A stretch of 64,000 nt of DNA from a virus. The stretch spans positions 35,096 through 99,095 of IMG/VR virus record IMGVR_UViG_3300020469_000023. One strand, written 5' to 3'. The translations under genes were made by a program, and so were the position numbers. Positions within the stretch are counted from its first letter, which is position 1. Each line of letters starts with the position of its first letter. Below the pieces are notes generated by a model, which saw only the letters and a program-made list of their open reading frames with translations, did no database searches and was not told where the DNA came from. Of this stretch, positions 18,907-29,123 are shown piece after piece.

Positions 18907-19333
18907 TTTGTTTGCTGACCAGATAGTTCATAAATTTAAATCTCCATCATTTAGTGGTATTGGACAATCGTCACACTATTTAACAATAGAGAATCAACAG
19001 AAGTCTCGTAGAGATAAGATTCAAGAAGATATCGAATCTGCAATTGCAAAAGCAGAACGTGAAGCAGATAGTACGACCCATGCTAAGTTCCTTAGAAACT
19101 TAGAGTCAAGAATCTATGCTCAAATATCAAAACAATTAGTTGACCAAATGTTTGGTGATGGAGTAAATGAAGGTTCAATAGAAGGTTTCTTTGATATGCT
19201 TGGTAATACTGTAGCATACGAATTATGTACAGGTTGTGGTGATGATGGTATTGATGTAATTAGAATTACAATTACAGGCGATGATAATACAACAACAACA
19301 TTAGATGTACCAGTAGGTAGTGGAGCATTTTAG
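18851..19333 (+). CDS. csgF: Curli assembly protein CsgF
   Basis: Signal peptide then DQIVHKFKSPSFSG; FLRNLESRIYAQISKQL; precedes csgG. Confidence 0.8.
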   Translation: MKTAQYILMIWVSLTITSNLFADQIVHKFKSPSFSGIGQSSHYLTIENQQKSRRDKIQEDIESAIAKAEREADSTTHAKFLRNLESRIYAQISKQLVDQMFGDGVNEGSIEGFFDMLGNTVAYELCTGCGDDGIDVIRITITGDDNTTTTLDVPVGSGAF

Positions 19334-20205
19334 TGAAAATATTTTTATTGATAGGAGTATTCGTTCTATCAAGTTGTGCTAGTATTCCTTCTTTCTCACG
19401 TATAGATTGTGATGAAAGAGAATTAGCATGTCGAGAAAGTGCAACTATAGAAAAGTTGCCATCGACAGCAGAATTAAAAAAAGTGCCAGGTCCAAGTAAT
19501 GGTAAACCTGTAGTAGTTGCAGTTTATGGATTTACAGACAAAACTGGCCAAAGAAAAAGTAGAGATACATTTTCAGATTTTTCTACTGCAGTAACACAAG
19601 GTGCAGATTTACTTGTTATTGATGCACTTAAAACTGCAAGTAATGGAGAGTGGTTTAGAGTAGTTGAGAGAACTAATATAGATGCTCTCATAAGAGAAAG
19701 GCAAATAATAAGAAGTTCTAGAGAAGAGTTTAAAGAAGATAAACAACTAGCATCTTTAGTATTTGCAGGGATTTTAATTGATGGTGGTGTTGTTGGGTAC
19801 GACACTAACATCGAAAGTGGTGGTCGTGGAGCAAGATACTTAGGTATCGGACACAATACATCATATAGAAGAGATTCAGTAATTGTTAGTCTAAGGGCAA
19901 CCTCAACACTAACAGGTGAAATTTTAATGAATGTTCAGGCGAAAAAAACTATTTTGTCTGTCGGTGGCGGTTATGATTTATTCCGATTCTTTGATATGGA
20001 TACAAAGTTATTGGAATTTGAAGATGGTAACGGATTTAACGAAAGTGTAACGTTTGCAGTTCGCTCCGCTATTGAAGTTGCCGTATTAGAACTTATTTAC
20101 CAAGGACACGATAGAGGTTTTTGGAAAATGAAAAGTGACCATCGTCACCCACACTTAAGTGATGGGACTAACGATAAACACTTAATAACTAAGGAGAAAG
20201 AATGA
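19333..20205 (+). CDS. csgG: Curli secretion channel CsgG
   Basis: Lipobox LSSC; VAVYGFTDKTGQRK, FSTAVTQG, WFRVVER, ERQIIR, GARYLGIG. Confidence 0.92.
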   Translation: MKIFLLIGVFVLSSCASIPSFSRIDCDERELACRESATIEKLPSTAELKKVPGPSNGKPVVVAVYGFTDKTGQRKSRDTFSDFSTAVTQGADLLVIDALKTASNGEWFRVVERTNIDALIRERQIIRSSREEFKEDKQLASLVFAGILIDGGVVGYDTNIESGGRGARYLGIGHNTSYRRDSVIVSLRATSTLTGEILMNVQAKKTILSVGGGYDLFRFFDMDTKLLEFEDGNGFNESVTFAVRSAIEVAVLELIYQGHDRGFWKMKSDHRHPHLSDGTNDKHLITKEKE

Positions 20206-21119
20206 GAACTTTAATTCTCGCTTTATTATTAACAGCAAGTGCTTTTGCATTTGCGGATAATGAAATATATATCGAGCAAGTTGGTGAAGGTGTAGAAATT
20301 ATTATTGAACAAACAGGTAATGGAAACTTGATTGGGCAAAATACTAGCACTGGTGCTAATGCGACCGACATGAAACTGCAGATAGGTAACTCTAATGCAT
20401 ATTGGTTGTTTAATGGAAGTAACAACTTACTATTTGGTGATATCAACTCAGATGGTTCAAACATTGACTATAATGTTCAAGGTTCGAACAACAGAATCAA
20501 TCAATTGATTGGTACTGTAACTGGTAATACTAGTAGTAATCAAAGTGCAGATGCCATTGATATGAATGTAGATGTTCAAGGTGATTATAACCAGACAACG
20601 TTTAGGTTAGGTAATAAATCTGAAACTTACAATACACCTCATAATTTAGGTGATGGTGCATTTTTTAACAATAGTGCAGGTTTTAAAACGTATAGCAATC
20701 ATACATTTACAGGTAGTAACATCACGGGTTATGGAACTTATGGTGGTAATGCTACAAGTAACTATGGGTCAAATGCCGCATATTGGGATGCCTGGAATAT
20801 TACAGAAGGTAGTGCTGATGGTGCCAACATTGACTTATTAGTTGATGGCAGTGGTGCTTCAAATACTATTGGTGCATTTATAAACTCTTCAAATGCTGTT
20901 TGGGATTGGGACATAACTGGTTCAAATAACTGGATATTAACAACTCAAGAAGATGGAAGTGATAATAAAATATCTGTTGATTTAACAGGTGATAAAAACT
21001 ATGTATTTGTTGGTCAAAGAACAGGTACAAGTATAAGTGGTGCAGAGGCGATATTAGATGCAAGTTTTGTTACAGACGGTTCAGAAATTACGATTATTCA
21101 ACAAGATACTGGCGAGTAA
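20202..21119 (+). CDS. Curlin-like secreted Asn/Gly-rich beta-solenoid protein
   Basis: Signal peptide; NEIYIEQVG, IIIEQTGNGN, GSNN repeats. Confidence 0.7.
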   Translation: MRTLILALLLTASAFAFADNEIYIEQVGEGVEIIIEQTGNGNLIGQNTSTGANATDMKLQIGNSNAYWLFNGSNNLLFGDINSDGSNIDYNVQGSNNRINQLIGTVTGNTSSNQSADAIDMNVDVQGDYNQTTFRLGNKSETYNTPHNLGDGAFFNNSAGFKTYSNHTFTGSNITGYGTYGGNATSNYGSNAAYWDAWNITEGSADGANIDLLVDGSGASNTIGAFINSSNAVWDWDITGSNNWILTTQEDGSDNKISVDLTGDKNYVFVGQRTGTSISGAEAILDASFVTDGSEITIIQQDTGE

Positions 21120-22209
21120 TCTTATTCTAATAGGGTCTGTTTATGCAGACTCTATTGGCGATATTCGTGAGCATACTGGTAGTGCGGCAATCGAAAGAGA
21201 ATCTGGTGAAGAACTAGTTGTCTCTCCTGCTTTTTTACCTGATGTTGAAATGAATGATACTGCTATTACTGGTAATGGCAGAATGTTAATTGAATTCAAA
21301 GATAAAGAAGAATTAGCATTGACTGAACACACAAAGATTTATATTGATGAAGTATATTATGACCCTGACCCATCGCTGTCAAAGATGACTATGCGAATGG
21401 CACTTGGTACTGCTAGATTTACATCTGGTAGAGGTGAAATGATTGACAAAGCAAACATTGACATTTCAACACCAACTGCTCAGATAGGTATTCGGGGAAC
21501 AGATTTTACAACTACAGTTGATGAACTCGGTAGAACGTTAGTTGTATTATTACCTGATGAAAATGGAGAATCATCTGGTGAAATATTTATTACAAATGCT
21601 GGTGGGACAATTACATTGAATGAAGCATATCAATCTATGATGCTTCAATCATTTGATGTAATGCCACAAAGAACAGTTATTCTTGAAGGCATTACGCCCG
21701 ATTCAATTAATAATATGTTTATTGTTAATCCACCAAAAGAGATAAAAGAAGTAGAAGCAGAAGGAGAAAGTAAAGAAGACGATGCTCAAGGTATTTTAGA
21801 TGTAGACTTCTTGGCATACGATGCCTTAGAAGAAGATGCTTTAGAAGATAAAGGAGAATTAGAATATACAGAACTAGATATTGACTTATTAGATGTTGAG
21901 TTTCTTCAAGACGTATTAGACATTACTGCTGACCTCGATAGAATAAATGAGATTGATAGAGAGGTTGCAGATATAGGTAATGTTAACATTGAAGGTACTC
22001 AAGTAGGGTTTGATGATGATAGTCAATATAGTACGTTTGTTAATAAAGAAGAAGAGACGATTGTTATGACTAGAGAAGTAGAAGGTGTAATTAGAATAAC
22101 TCATGCGATTTATACAAATGCAGTTATTGAAACATACACTAACCAAAAACCAAGCGAGATAACTTTAGGAGATGGTTCAGATGCAAGAATCATAATAATA
22201 CAAGAATGA
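21058..22209 (+). CDS. FecR-domain protein with acidic linker and C-terminal beta domain
   Basis: TGNGRMLIEFKD, TPTAQIGIRGTDF; signal-like N-terminus. Confidence 0.8.
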   Translation: MQVLLQTVQKLRLFNKILASNLILIGSVYADSIGDIREHTGSAAIERESGEELVVSPAFLPDVEMNDTAITGNGRMLIEFKDKEELALTEHTKIYIDEVYYDPDPSLSKMTMRMALGTARFTSGRGEMIDKANIDISTPTAQIGIRGTDFTTTVDELGRTLVVLLPDENGESSGEIFITNAGGTITLNEAYQSMMLQSFDVMPQRTVILEGITPDSINNMFIVNPPKEIKEVEAEGESKEDDAQGILDVDFLAYDALEEDALEDKGELEYTELDIDLLDVEFLQDVLDITADLDRINEIDREVADIGNVNIEGTQVGFDDDSQYSTFVNKEEETIVMTREVEGVIRITHAIYTNAVIETYTNQKPSEITLGDGSDARIIIIQE

Positions 22210-23036
22210 TTAAATTTTTAAAAGAAAATACATCACCACAAGGTATAAAGACTATCGTAACAATGTGGATTTTATTTGCATTTGCTATTGGTGGTTGTGA
22301 ATATGTATATGCTGATAATGAAGTATATATTACTCAAAGTGGTGAAGGTACAAAGTTGTTTATCGAACAAGAAGGTAAAGATAATAAAGTAGACTTCTCA
22401 ATGCAACATCAGGGTAATGAAGTAAAAATAATCCAGCATGGGCATAATAATAAAATAGCATATGGACATTGGGGTTCACTAACTAGTGGAGATATAGATG
22501 GAACGTTTAATTCATTAGACTTTGCACAAATATGTGGACGTGGTTCAAGTTGTAAAGAATCTGATATCGGTCTGCATATCTATGGAGACAATAACTCAAT
22601 ACGTTGGGGACAAGGATATATTTTAAGTTCTCCGACTTCAACTTGGACATGGGACGGAAGTGAAGGTGGTGGTCATCATCTAACTTTAGATGTTCATGGA
22701 GATAATAATAATGTTGCGGGTAGTCAAAGAAACTCATCTGCAGGCATCTATAGTGAACACCAAGCAGATATCTATCTTTACTCTAATAACAATAGTGTTT
22801 TTTGGAGACAAAATACAGATGGTGTTAAAGATGTAAATTTATACACATATAATGATGGTAATAATATTACTGGTTATCAATCTGGTTATGCAACACATAC
22901 TGCAAATATATCTTTAACTGGGTCTAGTCCAACAACATTAAATTTAACTCAAGAAGGTAACTCTGCTCAATCATATTCACTATCACAAAACTGCCAAACT
23001 ATGGGTGGTTGTAGCATTTCTGTTACACAACAATAA
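22206..23036 (+). CDS. Second curlin-like secreted protein
   Basis: NEVYITQSG, FIEQEGKDN, IIQHGHNN, GDNN repeats. Confidence 0.7.
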   Translation: MIKFLKENTSPQGIKTIVTMWILFAFAIGGCEYVYADNEVYITQSGEGTKLFIEQEGKDNKVDFSMQHQGNEVKIIQHGHNNKIAYGHWGSLTSGDIDGTFNSLDFAQICGRGSSCKESDIGLHIYGDNNSIRWGQGYILSSPTSTWTWDGSEGGGHHLTLDVHGDNNNVAGSQRNSSAGIYSEHQADIYLYSNNNSVFWRQNTDGVKDVNLYTYNDGNNITGYQSGYATHTANISLTGSSPTTLNLTQEGNSAQSYSLSQNCQTMGGCSISVTQQ

Positions 23037-23041
23037 AGACA

Positions 23042-24871
23042 ATGTATAATTGGAAAGTTGTTCTCGTAACAATAGCATTACTTGTAAGTGTTCGTATTGC
23101 TGACCCTAAATTAGTAGAGCAGTTTCGTTTAAACTATTTTGATTCACTTCAATATTTACAAGAACCCGTAGACTCTGGTATTGTTTTAGTTGATATTGAT
23201 GAAAAGTCTTTAGAGCAATTTGGACAGTTTCCATTTCCACGTGATATCTATGCACAAGAATTAAGTAAGAATGGTGCATTGTCTTTGTATGTAATGAATA
23301 TGAGTTTTACAGAAGCAGATAGATTTGGTGGTGATGAAGACTTAGCAAACGTGATGAATCTTCGTGAAGTTATATTATCTTCTATTCCTACAAACGTAAC
23401 AAATAAAGGCGACAAACCATTTCTTGGTTTTGGCAAACTAGGTAAAGGTAACCCAAGTAATTGGTTATATAACTACAAAGGTATTTCTACACCAATAAAA
23501 GAATTAAATCCTGTTGGAGTTGGTGTTGTAAGTGCGGCACCAAGTGTTGATGGTATAGTTCGTGAAGCACCCTTAATGGTAATTGCAAACGAACATATCT
23601 ATCCTTCTCTTGCATTAGAAACTTTACGTGTTTGGAATCGTCAACCTAATTATGCAATGAAAGTAAAAGAAGCAGGTGTTGAATGGGTAAGAATGGGTAA
23701 ACTAGATAAAATGTCCACTACACCTAACTCTAATATTCAGATTGCATATTGGAATAATTTTAAACGTATTTCTTTTGGTGAACCAATGCCAGATGGGCAA
23801 ATGTATATTATAGGACTATCTGCTGGTGGATTGGTAAACCCAGTACCAACACCCATGGGTGCAATGTACCCACATGATGTTCAAGCAAACTTAATTCAAA
23901 CTGTCGTGAGCGGTGTACAAATACAAAGACATTTCTTTCTTGAACAGTTAGAAATACTTGTTCTGATAATAAGTACACTATTAATACTACTTATGGTATA
24001 TAGATTGCCTACGTATTTAAGTGGTATACTATCTCTTGCAATGATTGGTGGTATAGTTGCAACAGGACTATATTATTGGTATACTGCTCTGTTACTTATT
24101 GATGTAGTTTACACGTCACTGGCATTATTCCTAGTGTTTGGACATGCATCATTTAACAAGTACTACGTCACATACAAACTTAAGGAAATGATTAAAGGAC
24201 AGTTTAAAACATATCTATCGCCAGATATGGTAGATAAACTTGCAGAAGACCCAAGTCTTTTAAAACTTGGTGGTGAAAGAAGAAACATGACTTTCTTTTT
24301 TATGGATATTGTAGGGTTTACACCAATATCAGAACACTATAAAAACAATAATGACCCCGAAGGTCTAGTGGAATTAATTAATAACTTTTTAGATAGAACA
24401 TCAAATATTATACTAAATAATGGTGGTACTATTGATAAATACATGGGTGATTGTATAATGGCGTTTTGGAATGCTCCATTAGACAACAAGTATCATGCAG
24501 AACTTGCCTGTATATCTGCAATTCAAATAGAAAAAGAAGTAGGAGAAATTCAAGATGAATTTAAAAGAAAAAATCTACCTAGCATTAATGTTGGTATTGG
24601 TATTAATACCAGTGATTGCATATGCGGTAATCTTGGTAGTCAATCCAGATTTGATTATTCAGTCATCGGAGATGGCGTCAATCTCGCCGCACGTCTGGAA
24701 GCATTAGCGGGTAGAGGCGATTATAAAAAACATATGACTATAGTTGGACAAGATACTGTTGATTCAATAGTTGTAAATGGATATAGTCAGAAAGATGTTA
24801 TGTTTAATTACATTGATGAGATACAAGTAAAAGGTAAAGAAGAAAAAATAAAAATATATTCACCGAGTTAG
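23042..24871 (+). CDS. CHASE2-domain class III adenylate cyclase
   Basis: VLVDIDEKSL, GQFPFPR (CHASE2); 3 TM helices; FMDIVGFT, DKYMGD, DYSVIGDGVNLAARLE. Confidence 0.92.
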   Translation: MYNWKVVLVTIALLVSVRIADPKLVEQFRLNYFDSLQYLQEPVDSGIVLVDIDEKSLEQFGQFPFPRDIYAQELSKNGALSLYVMNMSFTEADRFGGDEDLANVMNLREVILSSIPTNVTNKGDKPFLGFGKLGKGNPSNWLYNYKGISTPIKELNPVGVGVVSAAPSVDGIVREAPLMVIANEHIYPSLALETLRVWNRQPNYAMKVKEAGVEWVRMGKLDKMSTTPNSNIQIAYWNNFKRISFGEPMPDGQMYIIGLSAGGLVNPVPTPMGAMYPHDVQANLIQTVVSGVQIQRHFFLEQLEILVLIISTLLILLMVYRLPTYLSGILSLAMIGGIVATGLYYWYTALLLIDVVYTSLALFLVFGHASFNKYYVTYKLKEMIKGQFKTYLSPDMVDKLAEDPSLLKLGGERRNMTFFFMDIVGFTPISEHYKNNNDPEGLVELINNFLDRTSNIILNNGGTIDKYMGDCIMAFWNAPLDNKYHAELACISAIQIEKEVGEIQDEFKRKNLPSINVGIGINTSDCICGNLGSQSRFDYSVIGDGVNLAARLEALAGRGDYKKHMTIVGQDTVDSIVVNGYSQKDVMFNYIDEIQVKGKEEKIKIYSPS

Positions 24872-24875
24872 CGTT

Positions 24876-25097
24876 ATGAAAAAAGTAGAGAGGTCTTTTT
24901 CAAGTGCAGTAAGAATGCCTTATCAAGATGCAATTGCATTTGCACTAAGACTTCATGACTTTCATATCGCACAATCTATTCAAGACTCAAAAAATAAAGA
25001 GTTTCATAAAAAACAAGCACAAAGAATGCGAGATTGGTTAACTGATATGAAAGATTTTATTATTTCGAATGAGTCTTCTCATGAACATGAAGCATAA
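24876..25097 (+). CDS. Hypothetical protein
   Basis: 73-aa ORF directly after the cyclase. Confidence 0.55.
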   Translation: MKKVERSFSSAVRMPYQDAIAFALRLHDFHIAQSIQDSKNKEFHKKQAQRMRDWLTDMKDFIISNESSHEHEA

Positions 25098-25335
25098 TCA
25101 AAGCATAATGAATAACTTTTAATAAGTCATCTTTATTATACCCATTCTTATTTCCATATCGCTGTGCATATTTCATTATGTTGCCGATACAAAACCCTTC
25201 GCCATGTCCACCATCAATAATAAACTCGGTTGCTTGAAACTTGTTTTTAGAATAATGTTGATTGTAAGTTTTATCAACATAACTTTTAAGTTCTTCTAGA
25301 AATTTGTCTTCGTTGTATTTGTATGTATTTTTCAT
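25060..25335 (-). CDS. DUF3310-like protein
   Basis: TYNQHY, GFCIGNIMKYAQRYG, DLLKVIHY. Confidence 0.75.
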   Translation of the reverse strand: MKNTYKYNEDKFLEELKSYVDKTYNQHYSKNKFQATEFIIDGGHGEGFCIGNIMKYAQRYGNKNGYNKDDLLKVIHYALIMLHVHEKTHSK

Positions 25336-25343
25336 TGTGGTAT

Positions 25344-25372
25344 ATTATACACTATTATTCAGGCGTTGTCAA
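25344..25372 (-). promoter_or_regulatory. sigma70-type promoter
   Basis: TTGACA-17-TATAAT, 8 nt before ATG. Confidence 0.8.
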
Positions 25373-25993
25373 GTCTTCAATTACTTCATTTAAGTAATTC
25401 ATGTTAGTAAACTTTAGTGCCATTGTAAATCTATCGCATGAAGTATAAGCAGAATGCCAACAATGATTTTCTGGGTCATTCTCTTCACCAAAATGAAACC
25501 AACGACATTGCCAACCTTTCTTATCTGGTATAGTGACTATTTCATTTGTTTTTTTATCTAAGTAATTAAAATACCCATCGCCTTTTAAACTATATGTAAA
25601 TAGCATTTGATATGCAGATGCATTCCAATTTGTGTGCCAACCTATAAATCCACCTGGTGGATAATAATTTAATAAAGCATTATGTTTTGCGCCAATTTCT
25701 GGTGGAAATTGATATTTGTAATATTCATAAAATTTTTTCCAGACGCTTGGATTTTTTTCAGATGCATTACTTGTAGAAGTATTATAAAATGCATCAGGGT
25801 ATCCATCGTGATTTCTTGACATAATATCATTTAAGTACTCTCTAGAGCAATAATATTCACCATTATCTAAATCACCTCTAATTGTATTATAATCCATGTT
25901 GTCGTAATCTAAAGAATAAAATTCATCTATTAAATTATTTAACTTGTTGTTATAATAAGAATTATTAATTACTATTTCTGCCATACCAATCAA
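25355..25993 (-). CDS. Putative 2OG-Fe(II)/cupin-fold protein
   Basis: YPPGGFIGWHTN, CWHSA...R. Confidence 0.55.
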   Translation of the reverse strand: MIGMAEIVINNSYYNNKLNNLIDEFYSLDYDNMDYNTIRGDLDNGEYYCSREYLNDIMSRNHDGYPDAFYNTSTSNASEKNPSVWKKFYEYYKYQFPPEIGAKHNALLNYYPPGGFIGWHTNWNASAYQMLFTYSLKGDGYFNYLDKKTNEIVTIPDKKGWQCRWFHFGEENDPENHCWHSAYTSCDRFTMALKFTNMNYLNEVIEDLTTPE

Positions 25994-26237
25994 TTAATTC
26001 ATCGCCTTTTAATGCTTTACCAAAAATATGAATTAATTTACCATTCTTTACTCTTTCAATTCTTTTGTCATTGAAATGAGTATCAGTAACCATTTCACCA
26101 TTTGCTGTGTCTTCTGGTCTATTATCATACCACATACTGCTTAAACTATGTACGTGTACAGAATTAGTGCCTTTTGCCCACTCTTCTGCTTCAAGTAAAA
26201 GTCTCTGTCTTTCTACAGCACTATTAAATTCACCCAT
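25965..26237 (-). CDS. Hypothetical protein
   Basis: 90-aa ORF in operon. Confidence 0.6.
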   Translation of the reverse strand: MGEFNSAVERQRLLLEAEEWAKGTNSVHVHSLSSMWYDNRPEDTANGEMVTDTHFNDKRIERVKNGKLIHIFGKALKGDELIDWYGRNSN

Positions 26238-26911
26238 TATGCACCATACATTTCTATGTTTGTGATTAAGTCCATAAAAACCGGTACTCTATCTTTCTCT
26301 TCCCAGTTTCTGTTTTGTTCAATTCCAACTTCAAACTGCTTTAAATATAATTTATTTTCTATATCTTTCCACATTCTTTTAGCAATATCATCTGGGTCTA
26401 ACATGGGATAGTCTTTATGTTTTGTTGGGTCAAAATTACCAGTTTCGTCTTTGCTTGTTAAACCAGTTCTAGTTAGACCAAGACTGTAGTTTGTCCAATA
26501 TATATTTTTTGCTTCTCTATTTCTTACTTTCCACATATATGCTTCTAGTAGCAATTTTGCTTTACTGTTGGTGTAGTGCATATATGGTTGTTTTATTAAA
26601 CCATCATAAAAATCATCTAAGTTATCCACTAAAAAAGCATAAGCGAGAGCAGACCCAGTCGTAATCATAACACCTTTTTTAAATCTTTCTACAAACCAAG
26701 TAGCAATGTTATTTTGATTGCCATATCCCCAAACATTGTTAAACAATATATCTGGTTGATATTCTTTTATAAAACCAAGAACATCTGGAAGATTATTAAC
26801 AATGTCATGACCTGTTGAACGAGAAATACCTTTTACTTCATAATCACTAGGGCAATTTTCTAGTATTGCTTTACCAATACCAGAAGTATGTCCTGTGATT
26901 AGTACTTTCAC
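26237..26911 (-). CDS. Short-chain dehydrogenase/reductase
   Basis: VLITGHTSGIG; YTNSK (YxxxK). Confidence 0.8.
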   Translation of the reverse strand: MKVLITGHTSGIGKAILENCPSDYEVKGISRSTGHDIVNNLPDVLGFIKEYQPDILFNNVWGYGNQNNIATWFVERFKKGVMITTGSALAYAFLVDNLDDFYDGLIKQPYMHYTNSKAKLLLEAYMWKVRNREAKNIYWTNYSLGLTRTGLTSKDETGNFDPTKHKDYPMLDPDDIAKRMWKDIENKLYLKQFEVGIEQNRNWEEKDRVPVFMDLITNIEMYGA

Positions 26912-27180
26912 TATACTCTATCAATTATTGATGTTGCATCTTCATATGCTTTTTTAACATCTTCATGAGTATCAACTTTTAATACTACATTGCTTTTTCT
27001 AAAATCAACTTTATCAGGTGATTCTACACTTGTTACACATACTCCTTTTGCAAATCCAAATCCTTCTTGAGATTGGATTACCATTTTAGGTTTAGATAGA
27101 GTAATGATATCTCCACTTTCGTATGTCAATTCACCTATGTATTCTCCATAAGTTGTTACTACAGTTGTTATGTCTGCCAT
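26911..27180 (-). CDS. Hypothetical protein (Sm-like fold possible)
   Basis: 89 aa, GGAG SD. Confidence 0.6.
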   Translation of the reverse strand: MADITTVVTTYGEYIGELTYESGDIITLSKPKMVIQSQEGFGFAKGVCVTSVESPDKVDFRKSNVVLKVDTHEDVKKAYEDATSIIDRV

Positions 27181-27188
27181 ATTTTCTC

Positions 27189-27392
27189 CTATAATTTTAT
27201 TGCTAATACAACTAGTATTGCTAACTGTATTAATATAACTATTAACAACTCAATACCCAAGATAGTATGATACCATATCCACCTAGTTTTATATGCATTG
27301 TCAACACTTAATTCTTCGGGGTCTGGTTCACCAGATATACCTTTATCAGGTTGTCCCCATAATGTCTCTTTTATTTTGTTTATTATTCCCAT
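27189..27392 (-). CDS. Small membrane protein
   Basis: C-terminal hydrophobic helix. Confidence 0.6.
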   Translation of the reverse strand: MGIINKIKETLWGQPDKGISGEPDPEELSVDNAYKTRWIWYHTILGIELLIVILIQLAILVVLAIKL

Positions 27393-28771
27393 TTGAAATC
27401 TTTAAATTTTTCTGAACTTACTCGTTCACCTGACGTTGACTTATCAAATACTGGAACATCATCTTTATTACTAACAACACCTTGGTCATTATCATCTGCT
27501 AGTTTCATTTTGCTTCTATCAACTTTTAATGTGAATCTATTATATTTAGTCGGGTCGTTATATCTGTTTTTTAATTGCTTAACAAGTATCTTGCCCATTG
27601 TATTTAATTCTTCATTTGATATTAATGCAAACATTAAGTCAGCAGTTGCTGGCAAACCAAACGATTCAGAAGTATCTTCTAGACCAGGGTCGTCACTAGT
27701 AAACCCACTTCTGTTTGTTTGTGTTGCACTCATAATCGGGACATTAAACTCTACAGCAAGACCTCGCATTTCTTCTGCAATACTCTTGATATAAGAATAA
27801 GAGTTGATACTACCACCAATCATTTTCATTCTACTTGATGCACATATGTTTAGATAGTCAACAAAGATTATTTCTGGTACAAAATTCTTTTTAAGTTTTA
27901 ATTCATTTAACAATGCACGAAAGTGAGAAGTGTTTGCTTGACCTGTGGGATATTCTTTGATAATTAATTTACCATCTGTCTTTGCAGTTATCTGACCTAC
28001 TTTATCTCTAAACATATCTTTAGATAAATTCTCAATTTGGTCAATTGGTATATTCAATAAGTTTGCATCGATTCTTTCTGCGATTCTTTCTTCTGCCATT
28101 TCCATAGTAATATATAAAACGTTTCTACCTTGTGCTAATATATTAGATGCACAATGACACATGAATAATGATTTACCAACACCTGTGCCTGCAAGAGCAA
28201 TGTTTAGAGTTTTATTTGGTAGACCACCTTTCGTTATCTTATTAAAATTATCTAAGTCAAAAGGTATTCGTTCTTCTTGTTCATGATAAAAATCATATCG
28301 TTCATCTACTTGTTCAAGATAATCATGCCCTACTTTAGTATCAAACGAAACACCAAGTGCTTTTGATAGAACATCAGGGATTGCATTCTTTTGAAGTGTT
28401 GCATGTTTACCATCGATGATAGATATAGACTCCATGACTGCATTATATACAGAACGGTCTTGACACCATTTCTCAGTTCTTTCAATTAACCAATCTAAAT
28501 TCTCTGGTTCAGCAGTAAAGATATTGGGTAACATTTCAATTGCTTGTCGATAGTTGTCTTCACTTAATCTATTACCTTCATCAACTTCAATCTTAAATGA
28601 TTCAAGTGTTGGTATCTTATTAAACTTAGATACAAACTTTGCAACTTCTTTAAATAAGTCTTTGTAAACACCTTCGAAATAATCGGGTGCTAAAAAGGGT
28701 AATACTCTTCGTGTGTATTCTTCGTTAGTAAGAAGATTACGAAGAATCGTTTGTTCTAGATTTATATTCAT
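27383..28771 (-). CDS. gp41: Replicative DNA helicase gp41
   Basis: LAGTGVGKS, YITMEMAEE, DYLNIC, SESFGLPATAD. Confidence 0.96.
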   Translation of the reverse strand: MNINLEQTILRNLLTNEEYTRRVLPFLAPDYFEGVYKDLFKEVAKFVSKFNKIPTLESFKIEVDEGNRLSEDNYRQAIEMLPNIFTAEPENLDWLIERTEKWCQDRSVYNAVMESISIIDGKHATLQKNAIPDVLSKALGVSFDTKVGHDYLEQVDERYDFYHEQEERIPFDLDNFNKITKGGLPNKTLNIALAGTGVGKSLFMCHCASNILAQGRNVLYITMEMAEERIAERIDANLLNIPIDQIENLSKDMFRDKVGQITAKTDGKLIIKEYPTGQANTSHFRALLNELKLKKNFVPEIIFVDYLNICASSRMKMIGGSINSYSYIKSIAEEMRGLAVEFNVPIMSATQTNRSGFTSDDPGLEDTSESFGLPATADLMFALISNEELNTMGKILVKQLKNRYNDPTKYNRFTLKVDRSKMKLADDNDQGVVSNKDDVPVFDKSTSGERVSSEKFKDFKWE

Positions 28772-29123
28772 TTTCTGCCCATGCTATATTTTCTTCTGTT
28801 GCTAGTACTTCGTGATTCTCTTTATCCCATGCCATCATCGACCCATCTGTAATTGATGCTTCAATAATATTACTTAGTATTCTCCCAGAGTACTCTTGGA
28901 ATTCAAAGTTGCCTTCTATTTCTAAGTCAGGGTCAGGACTACTAATTATTTCGTAATTAAAAGTAAGTGCATCTTGCTTACCATCGAATGCTACATTACC
29001 ATAACGAATAACAGTTTCGGGAAACTCTTCTAATAGTCTTACGTCCCAACCCTTTTCATCTAATGAACTCGGGATAATTTCATAGTGAATACCTTCACTA
29101 AGTTTATCTACAATATCATTCAC
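28737..29123 (-). CDS. Hypothetical acidic protein in the gp40 position
   Basis: Lies between uvsX and gp41. Confidence 0.55.
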   Translation of the reverse strand: MNDIVDKLSEGIHYEIIPSSLDEKGWDVRLLEEFPETVIRYGNVAFDGKQDALTFNYEIISSPDPDLEIEGNFEFQEYSGRILSNIIEASITDGSMMAWDKENHEVLATEENIAWAENEYKSRTNDSS

